A DNA stretch of 35,040 nt from Nemertoderma westbladi (GCA_032718475.1 JAUCBJ010007370.1:1-35040), one strand, 5' to 3'; numbered from the stretch's first letter, positions 20,457 through 31,065 are shown. Program-made: numbers and translations. The notes: generated from the sequence alone by a model not told the origin.

Positions 20457-21558
20457 GGCACCAAAATTTCGCACCAGCCGCTAAAAACAAATTTAAGTGG
20501 GAACAGTGTCAGATACCGTCAGATCAGATCAGATAAGGACAGGCGTTTTAGCCATCCTAGCAACAACGGCATGTCTTGTCTATGCAATATCTATGTAGGG
20601 TAGCTACATAAACATAAACAAAATGTTCCAGAACATTGTGTAAATTATTAGATAGAATAAGTGGCCTCCAGCGTACGATAATTCTTTGAAGGCATCTCAG
20701 CTGTTTCTTAAAGAAACTCACACATTGTTACATATGTGGAATCCTATCCAATGATATGTACAAATGAGAAGAATGGCGGCGATGCGAAAGGTGGGATTTC
20801 GCAAAATAAAATTTTGTAAACGCGTATAAAAAATTTCAAAAATACATGCTTCATGGTAACAGTTACAACCACGGTGAGTTGAACTAGTGGTGTTCTAACC
20901 AAAACAATAAACAACCACTTTACCAATTGAGGGAAACCATATGGTCAGACAGTCAGTATAGTCACTCTATAACCAAAAAAATCAGGCAGTCAAACATTGT
21001 ACCGGTACGCAGGTGTATAATGACATTTAGAAGCGGTTGAAAAGGTCGGTCCCCAAAGTAACAAGGCCCGGGGGGGGGGGGGTTAATGTGGTATATATTC
21101 TAGTGATTTGCATTAAATTTAGTGCCAATGAGTCGTACCAATCAGTAACTGTAGTGTAGATGCAATGTTCTAGAACATACTAAATAGTAAATATAACTAC
21201 TTTAGCTACCCGTACTTTACTTATGAAATTATACTACATAATTACTATAAAGTTGAACGCAAGTAAGGAATTTTAGATAGACAAGGCCATGTACCCGTGC
21301 GTAGTGGATATTGTGTCCGGAAGTTTGGAAAATTACATCGCAAACAATCCAATTTATTGTTCACTATATTATAAAATGGGAACATTTGATAAACATTTGA
21401 AATTAATAAAATTTGTCAATTTTAATTTATATTTTTAGCAAGACAATAAATTGATTATACATTTTATAGTGGGTCAATTTGTTGTTAACTAAATGTTGGA
21501 ATATTAGGCCGGTTCACACCTGGCAACTTTTTCAGCAACTAGCAACTTAATTTGAACC

Positions 21559-22038
21559 GGTATCACTTCCGTACACGTACACCAAATTTGGATTTTTTTA
21601 TGTGTATTTTTTCTGTGTTTTATGGTTTTAATTAGTGTTCTAGAACATATTTGGACCTTCACACAATATTAATTAAATTAATTAAATATTTTTATGGTAG
21701 GTTGTATTTTATGAAAATATTGCAAATAATAATAAATTGTAAAATCAAATATTTGGTATTTTTATTTTCTGTAATCTAACAAAAAATAGGAATGTTTATT
21801 ATTTATGTGTATTTGTTTCGTTTTTATTTGTGTATTTTGTGTATTTAATACCAAATATTTGATTTTATAATTAGGCTATTATTTGCAAAATTTTCATAAA
21901 ACACTAGCTAGTAGCTACCATAAAAAACGTTATCTAACATTATCTAACACTATGATAAAGAAAAATAATCATTATAGAACAGTTAAAAACACACATTTAA
22001 AAAATACAGATTTGGTGTACATGTACGGAAGTGATACC
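21559..22038. mobile_element. Foldback MITE (~480 bp)
   Basis: ggtatcacttccgtacacgtacaccaaat pairs with atttggtgtacatgtacggaagtgatacc. Inverted similarity continues inward (aaaatcaaatatttggtatt and aataccaaatatttgatttt). No clear TSD. Confidence 0.8.
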
Positions 22039-22458
22039 AACATTTTTAAAATAGATAGTTTTTGTTACTTTTTTTTAATGTTCTAGAACATTATTGTCTA
22101 TTTATTTTTTTAAATAATTTTGTTCTAGAACAAATAATTGTTGTTCTAGAACAAAATTAATTAATTATATTTTTTGTTGTTATCAAAGCTAGTTTTTCTA
22201 ACTTTTATTTAATGTTCTAGAACATATCGTGGCATTGGTGTGGCCTGGGTGCCCACTTTTGACCATTTTTTTCATGTGAAAATGAATATTATCATGAAGT
22301 TTATTTATTATATATTATATTATATATATTTATATAGTTGTATTTGACCTTCTGACAATAAGATGTGAGTATTTTTTTTGTATGGTAAAAACATTGCATG
22401 AGTCTTTGACTTTAGATTTTCTGTGATGTTCTCATGATCAATGTTGAACATTGTTCGT

Positions 22459-23514
22459 GACCCAAAACACAGTAATGGGGACCCAAAACACAGTAATGGA
22501 GACCCAAAACATAGTGAGGGGGACCCAAAACACAGTATTGGAGACCCAAAACACAGTAATGGAGACCCAAAACACAGTAATGGAGACCCAAAACACAGTA
22601 ATGGAGACCCAAAACACAGTGATGGGGACCCAAAACACAGTAATAGGGACCCAAAACACAGTGATGGGGACCCAAAACACAGTACTGGAGACCCAAAACA
22701 CAGTAATGGAGACCCAAAACACAGTATTGAGACCCAAAACACAGTAAAGGAGACCCCAAACACAGTAATGGAGACACAAAACACAGTAATGGGGACCCAA
22801 AACACAGTAATGGAGACCCAAAACTAATGGAGACCCAAAACACAGTAATGGAGACCCAAAACACAGTATGGAGACCCAAAACACAGTAAAGGAGACCCCA
22901 AACACAGTAATGGAGACACAAAACACAGTAATGGGGACCCAAAACACAGTAATGGAGACCCAAAACTAATGGAGACCCAAAACACAGTAATGGAGACCCA
23001 AAACACAGTATGGAGACCCAAAACACAGTAAAGGAGACCCCAAACACAGTAATGGAGACACAAAACACAGTAATGGGGACCCAAAACACAGTAATGGAGA
23101 CCCAAAACACAGTGATGGGGACCCAAAACACAGTAATGGAGACCCAAAACACAGTAATGGAGACCCAAAACACAGTGATGGGGACCCAAAACACAGTAAT
23201 GGATACCCAAAACACAGTAATGGAGACTCAAAACACAGTAATGGAGACCCAAAACACAGTAATGGAGACCCAAAACACAGTGATGGGGACCCAAAACACA
23301 GTAATGGAGACCCAAAACACAGTAATGGAGACCCAAAACACAGTGATGGGGATCCAAAACACAGTAATGGAGACACAAAACACAGTAATGGGGACCCAAA
23401 ACACAGTGGTGGGGACCCAAAACACAGTGATGGGGACCCAAAACACAGTGATGGGGGACCCAAAACACAGTGATGGGGACCCAAAACACAAAAACACAGT
23501 AATGGAGACCCAAA
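22459..23514. repeat. 21-bp minisatellite, block 1 (~50 units; consensus GACCCAAAACACAGTAATGGA)
   Basis: Contiguous direct tandem units without spacers, carrying point variants and a 142-bp higher-order period. Confidence 0.98.
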
Positions 23515-24397
23515 CTACTAGGATCGGCATGCTGCATTGCAGCTGCATTATTAAGAATGCTGTGCCGGCTTGTCGACAAAATTGCGCCGCCACAACTCCC
23601 TATCACCCATGACATTTACTAGATCATCCACATCTTCAAGGCCAGTGTCCTTTAAAATGCGTCTCAAGAAAGTCATGGGCTGTCCAGCATGCTTATTCAC
23701 TCCATGAGGCTGCCAAAGTACACGATTATGCACTGGCTGGTCCTCACGGCGAAAGCAATGTCCTGCAAAGCGGAGGCGATTATGTTCTAGTGTCAAGCTT
23801 GGGGGAACCAATGAGACACCTCCAATGTTATATAGTGTCTGGTTGGAGATGTGTGCATTGTACTTGACACAATGAACCCGGCGTAGCATTCTTGTGAATG
23901 TGCCATCCAGAGATTTGGTGTCCTCAGCAGTTAGAGACCAGCATGGACTCCCATAGAGGAGTACTGGAACTACTGCTGCTCTAAATAATCGGACCTTAAG
24001 TTTCTGATTAATTCTCGGTGACTTCCAAATCCTGGAAAGCCTATTCAAGGCTGCCCATGCCTTTCCCTTACGTATTCGAAGGTCCTCACCTGACTTCCGG
24101 ATCCATGATCCCAGGTAACATAAGTCGTCCACATGCTCAAGCATACCATCTTTTGAGCTTATGCTCATCCGATCAGAGACTTGCTGAGGACTTTCAAAGT
24201 TAACTGTCAAAATTTTGGTCTTTCTGGAGTTAATAAAAAGACCAACACTAGAAGCAGCATGTTTTAATGAGCTGAGGAGCCGTGGGGCTCCCTCTAGTGA
24301 TTCTGAGAGTAATCCTAAGTCATCAGCAAAGTCTAGATCAGTTAGGTACTTGGCAGGATTTCCTCGACTTCTGGAGCCAGTAGGTGGAGTTATCATC
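23515..24397 (-). mobile_element. 5'-truncated RTE-clade LINE inserted in the minisatellite
   Basis: Encodes LTDLDFADD, GLFINSRKTK, YLGSWI, VLLYGSPCW, TRMLRR and RLRFAGHC. The stop at 23551 is followed by a very short 3' UTR and (TAG)2. A candidate TSD ACCCAAA lies at 23508-23514 and 24398-24404. Confidence 0.9.
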
Positions 24398-24493
24398 ACC
24401 CAAAACACAGAAATGGAGACCCAAAACACAGTGATGGGGACCCAAAACACAGTAATGGAGACCCAAAACACAGTGATGGGGACCCAAAACACA
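24398..24493. repeat. 21-bp minisatellite, block 2 (~4.5 units)
   Basis: Same unit as block 1, lying between the two LINE insertions. Confidence 0.95.
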
Positions 24494-24679
24494 ACAGCCA
24501 AACAAAACACAACAACAACAACCAAAACAAAACACAGGACTGACTGAATACATGCTGACTACTTCTGGACTTATATTGTTGGTACCGGTATATCAGCTAG
24601 TGCAATACTTTAATAGTACAGTAGTAGGCGGAGGCCTGCAACTGGCAACGGCATAAGCTTGAGGAAAGGGAACGCAATA

Positions 24680-26152
24680 ATGAATCCCGATGGTGTACTG
24701 CCACCGCGCCCACATAGCGGTCCGTGCGGAGTTCATGTGCTAAACGATATTCTAGCATATCTATGGTCGGGTCACCTTAAAGGATATCATAGGGACAGTA
24801 TTGTCTCAATAGCGTCAGTGTGGCCAAAGTTTACGGATCTCATGTTGAAGGAAGCCAAACAGGTTATATTAGGCTTAATACCCTCGACAGATAAGGAAAA
24901 ACAGAAGCAATCATTTGCTAAAAGTAGACAATCTGGTGAGTCATTACGTCGCAACCTGATTGGGGACATATTAGATATATTTGATTATCAGCCGTTCATA
25001 GCTGGTAATAATGTCAGAGAGAATCGATCGATTTTTATTCCTTTTGATCTTACTATTCTACCTCCGTATTCATTGTCTCAGTCAGATACTGCAGTATTAT
25101 TACAGAGAACTAGCTTTCTACAGGACCGCTTGGCGGTTCTCGAGGCAATATGTCTACCTTTTTGCTTGAACCAATTAGGTCTGGAACAGGAGCCAAGTAA
25201 ATTGACCCCAGGTGCTGAGCTGGTTGAATCAGTTGGGTTGGCGCTAAAGAGATCAACTGAAGTAATCGGTATCCCAGACTCTGGTGACAGGGATAGGCCT
25301 ATGATGACAAGAGAATTGCCAGTTCCTCCGGGTGGCGTGTGTGCATCAGCTGTTAACGGGTCTGGAAATGGCAGCAGTAGTTCTCAACGCGGTGGGACCG
25401 CTATCGGCAATGACCTCAATCGCACCCGCTCGCGGCAGAGTTATTCAGAGGTGCTGGTCTCAGAACGCCGTCAAGGTCAACAGCAATTCCGACAACAACG
25501 TATGGGTGGAGAGAACCGTAACCGCAACAGATACCAGGTTCTAGAGGGAACTGATGACGATATAGTTAGAGTTCGACATCGTGACATATCGGAGAGTGAG
25601 GTTGACTCGGTGGATGTTGGGTATACAAGAATGGGAGTAAAGGGTAAACCTGTAAAACCAGGTCGTGATCAACGGCAGGTTGGAAGAGCCTCCTACAAGC
25701 CTGAGAGACAGTTGTGGCGTGACAGGCGGTCTGAAGTCGTTAAAGGTAAATCTAGTGTGGCGGCCTTTCCGAGTTCGCGACCTTTTGCGAGGCTATTTCT
25801 TACTGGGTGTGGAGCTGATGTTGTACCTGCAACAATCATTGATTACATAAAGGTTGGGAAGGGGTATGACGTTAAATGTGAACTTATCTCACAGTCGGGG
25901 TCTTGGTCTAGATCATTCCTTATAACATGTAAGGAGGAGGAACGTATGGAATTGATGGTTGGTGAATTTTGGCCTATGAACACGCAGATAAGACCGTTTT
26001 ATGGGAGAGCTAACTTTGGGAGTACACGGGCCGCAGGTACACTTGGAGGTTTAGAGCGTAATCCAGTCTCTCGAAGTCTGGGTATCGAGCCAGCAAGTCC
26101 GGGTGATGACGGGAGTAACAGGAGTGTGCAAGTGGACTGTGACAAGGAGTAA
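24680..26152 (+). CDS. LINE ORF1p (helical N-terminal domain, disordered R/G-rich middle, RRM-like C-terminus)
   Basis: First in-frame ATG is at 24680. N-terminal motif VLNDILAY...EAKQVI...DILDIF...DLTILPP and C-terminal motif RLFLTG...SFLI...FWPMNTQIRPF are both typical of invertebrate LINE ORF1s. Confidence 0.8.
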   Translation: MNPDGVLPPRPHSGPCGVHVLNDILAYLWSGHLKGYHRDSIVSIASVWPKFTDLMLKEAKQVILGLIPSTDKEKQKQSFAKSRQSGESLRRNLIGDILDIFDYQPFIAGNNVRENRSIFIPFDLTILPPYSLSQSDTAVLLQRTSFLQDRLAVLEAICLPFCLNQLGLEQEPSKLTPGAELVESVGLALKRSTEVIGIPDSGDRDRPMMTRELPVPPGGVCASAVNGSGNGSSSSQRGGTAIGNDLNRTRSRQSYSEVLVSERRQGQQQFRQQRMGGENRNRNRYQVLEGTDDDIVRVRHRDISESEVDSVDVGYTRMGVKGKPVKPGRDQRQVGRASYKPERQLWRDRRSEVVKGKSSVAAFPSSRPFARLFLTGCGADVVPATIIDYIKVGKGYDVKCELISQSGSWSRSFLITCKEEERMELMVGEFWPMNTQIRPFYGRANFGSTRAAGTLGGLERNPVSRSLGIEPASPGDDGSNRSVQVDCDKE

Positions 26153-26248
26153 GAGGGGTTTAATATATATTTTTCATTTTTGTATCAATTATATTTTTTA
26201 TAGAAATTTTATATATATATAGGTTTTGTAATTAATCACTAAATAATT

Positions 26249-29086
26249 ATGGCTGATACAAACATTAATCTGGTGTCCTACAACTGTAACTCTATACGTA
26301 GACCAGTTGCATTAAAGACCGTAACCGATATATGTACTAGTGGTATTAATATCGTCGCTCTACAGGAGCACATGTTGCCCTGTCAAGAATTAGGGTTTCT
26401 CGATACCATAGATGGCGACTACCTAAAATTTGGTATATCGCCTGTTAATTACTCGCACGGTCTACTTACGGGTAGGCCTTATGGAGGACTGGGTTTCTTG
26501 TGGCATAAAAAGTTAGCGAAGGCGGTGGAGTGTGTGCCCTGTGGCGATGATAGAATGCTAGGATTAACTGTAAAGCTTGAAAATAAACAGAGTTTATTCA
26601 TTCTAAACGTTTATCTACCATATGAGAGCCCTGAAAATGATGAATTATTTTCGTCATGTTTAGGTAATATTAAAAGTATATATGAGTCTTGTTCATTTAC
26701 TCACTTATGTATAATAGGTGACTTTAATGCCGATGTTAAGCGTGCTTATTTCCGTGAACTAAAAATGTGGTGCAATTTCAATCACATAATTATTAGCGAT
26801 GTTGATAGGCTACCTGCTTCGACATGTACATTTATAAGTGCAGCGCATAGCACTACTTCGTGGCTGGACCACATAATTTGTTCTACCACATTAGACTCAT
26901 ATATATCACAGTTATCAGTTGGGTACCAGTACGCAATTGATGACCATACCCCGATTGGCTGTAGTTTCAGTCTTACTCCGATAATAACCGAGTATACTCC
27001 TCCAGTTGGTGCTAAATCTGCTGTAGATTGTCCGCACTGGGAGACTATAAGTAAGGACCAGTTGAGTGAGTATAACAAAGTGGTCAATGATATATTTAGT
27101 GAATCCCTTCTCAGTGAGGATTATTTAATTAATTGTGCTAATACATCGTGTACAAATTGTAGGGTGCAAATTGATTCATTATATGATTCTATTATTGATG
27201 GCATAAAATTAGCTAGTAAAACGGTTTTTAAAAACAAAGTTAATGGAGGCCCTAAGATAAAACATGTTCCAGGATGGAACGATTATGTTAAGCAGGAATA
27301 CCAAAAGTCAAGGGAGGCATTTTTATCCTGGCGATTGTCGGGATCTCACCGACAAGGCTATTTACACGAGCAGTACCTGCGAACCAAAGCAAATTTTAAG
27401 CGGGTTTTACGGGATTGCAAACGCAATGAAAATAAAAATAGAGATGACAGGCTTGCAGAATCCTTTATTACAGCGAGTTCTGGAAAATTTGGAATTGGTC
27501 AGTTTTGGTCACAGGTACACAATCGTTGCTCAGTGCGCTCCACAGCCCCTAATAAGGTTGGTGACGCCTGTGGACCAGAAGAGATAAGCGAAATGTGGGG
27601 TGCGCATTTTGAAAAAATCTATAACTGTGTTAATGATGATTCTGATGCCATCTTTGTAGATGCAAAGTTAAATGATATTATTTTCAGTGATATTAATGTT
27701 AATTTAAATGATATATTTGACGCTCTACATAGCTTAAATCTAGGTAAAGCATGTGGTTCAGATGGGGTATCGGGTGAGCATTTTATTTTCGGATGTGGTC
27801 CTGGCCTATTAAAGAAATTACGTGTACTAATTAATGCTATATTTGTACATGGGTATCTACCAGTAAGGATGATGGATTGCATTATTATACCGTTAGTTAA
27901 GGATAGAACCGGTGATATTACGTCAAAGGATAATTATCGGGGTATTTGTCTCTCTACTGTGCTTAGTAGAATTCTAGAATCCGTAATGCTTAATATTTGT
28001 AGGGGTAAATTAAGGACGGTTGATAACCAGTTTGGTTTCAAGTGTAACTTAGGTACGGAGACGTGTATATATGCTTATAAGGAATTAATAAATCATTATC
28101 TAACTCATGACTCTCCGGTGTATGTCTGTATGCTCGATGCCTCTAAGGCGTTCGACAGGGTAAACCACTATAAGTTATTTAGGAAATTATTAGATAGAGG
28201 TGTTCCACGGTATTTGGTTAGGGTATTGTTATTTTGGTATAGAAATCAATCTATGTGTGTTAAATGGGACGGCATTTTATCTTCAAAGTTCAAAGTTACA
28301 AACTCGACAAAACAAGGCGGTATATTTTCTCCCGTGCTATTTATAATATATATTGACGATTTAAGTACTGAACTGACTAATACGGGAGTAGGGTGTTTTA
28401 TTGACAATATTAGAGTAAATAATTTGTTATATGCAGACGATATGTGCTTGATTTCCAATTCAATTGTAGGGCTACAAATACTGATCGATTCGGCGGTATC
28501 TTATGCCAATAGGAATTCAATTGTTTTTAATGTGAAGAAAAGTAAATGTATATATTACTTTCCGAGATCTAATAGGATAACTTCAATTACAAATGTTTTC
28601 TTGTATGATAAACCAGTTGAAATTGTTGAGCAATTTTCATATTTAGGCCATATTCTACATTCTAGTACAGATGATGACATTGATATCAAGGCCCAAATGT
28701 GTTCCTTATATGCAAGAGCCAATATGTTAATGAGAAAGTTTGGAAATTGTTCCCGTGCAGTAAAAATATGCCTATTTAGAACTTTTTGTACGCCGATTTA
28801 CTGTAATAGTTTATGGGCTAGAATGAACTACTCTGATTGTGTTTATAGAAAACTGAAAGTAGCGTACAATAATGCAATTCGTTTGTTTTTTCGGATATCT
28901 AGAGTTACTGATGACATACCAACGAGTATGTCATTAACATGTGGAGAATTAAATATACCTATGTTGATTCATATAACGTACAACAGCCTTTGTAGCCTTA
29001 CCAAACGTCTAAACTGTACGGAGAATAGTATTTTGCGTACAATCCATAAAGAATGTCATCAGGATTCTATAATTTTTTGTGCATGA
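26249..29086 (+). CDS. LINE ORF2p: APE endonuclease plus reverse transcriptase (RTEX-like)
   Basis: APE motifs: SYNCNS, ALQEH, GRPYGG, NVYLP, GDFNAD, SWLDH, DDH. RT motifs: NYRGICL, NQFGFK, LDASKAFDRV, KQGGIFSP, GVGC, YADD, YLG. Confidence 0.95.
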   Translation: MADTNINLVSYNCNSIRRPVALKTVTDICTSGINIVALQEHMLPCQELGFLDTIDGDYLKFGISPVNYSHGLLTGRPYGGLGFLWHKKLAKAVECVPCGDDRMLGLTVKLENKQSLFILNVYLPYESPENDELFSSCLGNIKSIYESCSFTHLCIIGDFNADVKRAYFRELKMWCNFNHIIISDVDRLPASTCTFISAAHSTTSWLDHIICSTTLDSYISQLSVGYQYAIDDHTPIGCSFSLTPIITEYTPPVGAKSAVDCPHWETISKDQLSEYNKVVNDIFSESLLSEDYLINCANTSCTNCRVQIDSLYDSIIDGIKLASKTVFKNKVNGGPKIKHVPGWNDYVKQEYQKSREAFLSWRLSGSHRQGYLHEQYLRTKANFKRVLRDCKRNENKNRDDRLAESFITASSGKFGIGQFWSQVHNRCSVRSTAPNKVGDACGPEEISEMWGAHFEKIYNCVNDDSDAIFVDAKLNDIIFSDINVNLNDIFDALHSLNLGKACGSDGVSGEHFIFGCGPGLLKKLRVLINAIFVHGYLPVRMMDCIIIPLVKDRTGDITSKDNYRGICLSTVLSRILESVMLNICRGKLRTVDNQFGFKCNLGTETCIYAYKELINHYLTHDSPVYVCMLDASKAFDRVNHYKLFRKLLDRGVPRYLVRVLLFWYRNQSMCVKWDGILSSKFKVTNSTKQGGIFSPVLFIIYIDDLSTELTNTGVGCFIDNIRVNNLLYADDMCLISNSIVGLQILIDSAVSYANRNSIVFNVKKSKCIYYFPRSNRITSITNVFLYDKPVEIVEQFSYLGHILHSSTDDDIDIKAQMCSLYARANMLMRKFGNCSRAVKICLFRTFCTPIYCNSLWARMNYSDCVYRKLKVAYNNAIRLFFRISRVTDDIPTSMSLTCGELNIPMLIHITYNSLCSLTKRLNCTENSILRTIHKECHQDSIIFCA

Positions 29087-29248
29087 TTAAATATTGTACT
29101 TAAGGGAAGATATATTCTTTTGTTCTGCTGTGCTATTACATAAAACTGTATTTTGTTTATTTTACGTACCGGTACCCGTTTTGTCTTTTTTCTTTGCCAT
29201 AACTAAATATTTTATGGGCCTAGGCCTGGATTAAAGAATATACAATAT

Positions 29249-29606
29249 ACAGTAATGGAGACCCAAAACACAGTAAAGGAGACCCCAAACACAGTAATGG
29301 AGACCCAAAACACAGTAATGGGGACCCAAAACACAGTAATGGAGACCCAAAACACAGTGATGGGGACCCAAAACACAGTAATGGAGACACAAAACACAGT
29401 AATGGAGACACAAAACACAGTGATGGGGACCCAAAACACAGTAATGGAGACCCAAAACACAGTGATGGGGACCCAAAACACAGTAATGGAGACACAAAAC
29501 ACAGTGATGGGGACCCAAAACACAGTAATGGAGACCCAAAACACAGTAATGGGGACCCAAAACACAGTGGTGAGGACCCAAAACACAGTGATGGAGACCC
29601 AAACTA
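29249..29606. repeat. 21-bp minisatellite, block 3 (~17 units)
   Basis: Same unit and orientation as block 1, and it shares the variant AGTAAAGGAGACCCCAAA. Confidence 0.97.
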
Positions 29607-29654
29607 ATATAATTTGTGCAGTTTCTATCACTTTTATAATGTATATGTACAATC

Positions 29655-30400
29655 TAGGGTTTAAAAAAAACACAAGGGTTGTTTTAAACACATGTTTCGA
29701 AACACTGTTTTTTTTTGTTTTTACGGATAAAAAAACAGTGTTTTTTTTAAACAAAGACTGCATAAACAATATGAGCTATAAATGCATGGTATACCTATAA
29801 TTCACACCACCACTCCCATATACCGGTACTGTATATTTAGTAATACAGTAATAGGCCGAAGCTTTCAGTTGAGCGGGTGAACTGAACAGCCGCCAGCTCT
29901 TCATGCACTCCAAGGCACGGAACCGGCTCGTCGTTCATCGTGTAAACCAGTTGATCGCTGATTGGAGTCAACTGCAGCTGCTAAGGCGAGGGAAAGGGAG
30001 GCTGTGGCCTACTGCAGCATTGCTTCTGAGTGGCTAAGAGCAGTGATGTCCCGGTGGTTCCTGAACAGTCCGATAACTGCGTTAAGATTGACGAGGATGG
30101 GAGTGACAGTGACTGGACTGATTGTGATTATGTTTCTGTGCAGTTTGATATTACTGTCAACTGTCAGTACGGTATTGTGAATATTGCTGTTGCTGTCAGG
30201 GTAGGTCATTGTACAATAAATTGTATAATAAAATATTAAATAATGTATAACATTTATTTAATCGGCCTGTACGCCTTAATAATACGAGATACTGATATTG
30301 ATGCAACAGCTTAAAAAAAACATAAATAACAATAAAAAACATTAAAAAAAACGTTTTAAACAAATTGGTTTTTGAAAATCGTGTTTTTTTTTAAACCCTA
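29655..30400 (+). mobile_element. Internally deleted hAT transposon
   Basis: TIRs TAGGGTTTAAAAAAAACAC and GTGTTTTTTTTTAAACCCTA, with a perfect 8-bp TSD GTACAATC (29647-29654 and 30401-30408). Internal relic SVERVN/SRQLFMHSKARNRL...VNQLI matches the hAT C-terminal dimerisation motif. Confidence 0.9.
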
Positions 30401-30490
30401 GTACAATCATTTCGTAATGTTAAAATTTTGGAATAAAACTACATACATACTTGTTGCAAAGTACTTTACACACAAGTATGTAAATAGTTA

Positions 30491-31065
30491 TTGTTACATT
30501 ATGTCAACTTAACAGCGTTCTGGTGAATTACTCGTAACGCTGCAAAGTACTACTTTGCAGCGTTGCGTCCTATAGGACCAAATGCTGCAAAGTAATCAAT
30601 TATATGGAAACAACTTAAATTACCGTATTCCAGAATGTATTATTTTCATTTATTTTAATGAGTGCTGCTTTATTATCCAGTTTGCAGTGACGGGACTAGC
30701 TACTGTATGTAAATAATTGTTTAACATGTACTGTAATCCATTTTCTCGAAACGTCCAATAGAAGACACTAAAATGAAGAAAATGGCGACAGTGTTCAGTA
30801 AAACTGAACGGACACAGACGGTGACTAAGTTTGCTTCAGTCGACTAAAGTCAACATGGATTAATGATTTATCACATCCATGCAGGTGATAACTACCAATA
30901 AACTGTAATTAGATTTAAATGTATAATTAATACTGTGTACCTGTTAATAAATTATCCGTATTATATTCGATATAGTACATGATTAAAAAGTTTAAATGAG
31001 CATTGAGCATCCATATAATCCTTTCTTCACATACCGAACGCTGATAAGTTGACATAATGTAACAA
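30491..31065. mobile_element. MITE with ~33-bp TIRs
   Basis: ttgttacattatgtcaacttaacagcgttc pairs with gaacgctgataagttgacataatgtaacaa. An internal perfect 14-bp-arm palindrome lies at 30536-30564. Confidence 0.7.

Larger units (their letters stand above)
24494..29250 (+). mobile_element. Full-length two-ORF LINE, RTEX-like, inserted in the minisatellite
   Basis: ORF1, an AT-rich spacer, then APE-RT ORF2. The 3' end TATGGGCCTAGGCCTGGATTAAAG plus (AATATAC)2 runs directly into the minisatellite. The clade call rests on motifs only. Confidence 0.85.

Noticed and set aside
22320-23615. Many overlapping ORFs (METQNTV, CFGSPLL and VLGLHYC repeats), also at 29212-29800
   Set aside because: They are a by-product of a 21-bp (7-codon) unit lacking stops in most frames; there is no evidence of coding function.
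24398-24525. N-terminus of the 324-aa ORF (MVVVVVFCLAVVFWVPITV...) as a signal or membrane segment fused to RT
   Set aside because: It is minisatellite and junction sequence that happens to be in frame with the 5'-truncated RTE.
22459-29606. Repeat array next to reverse transcriptases read as CRISPR, RT-Cas, DGR or retron
   Set aside because: The units are contiguous with no unique spacers and there are no cas genes. The RTs are APE-fused LINE ORF2s in spliceosomal eukaryotic DNA.
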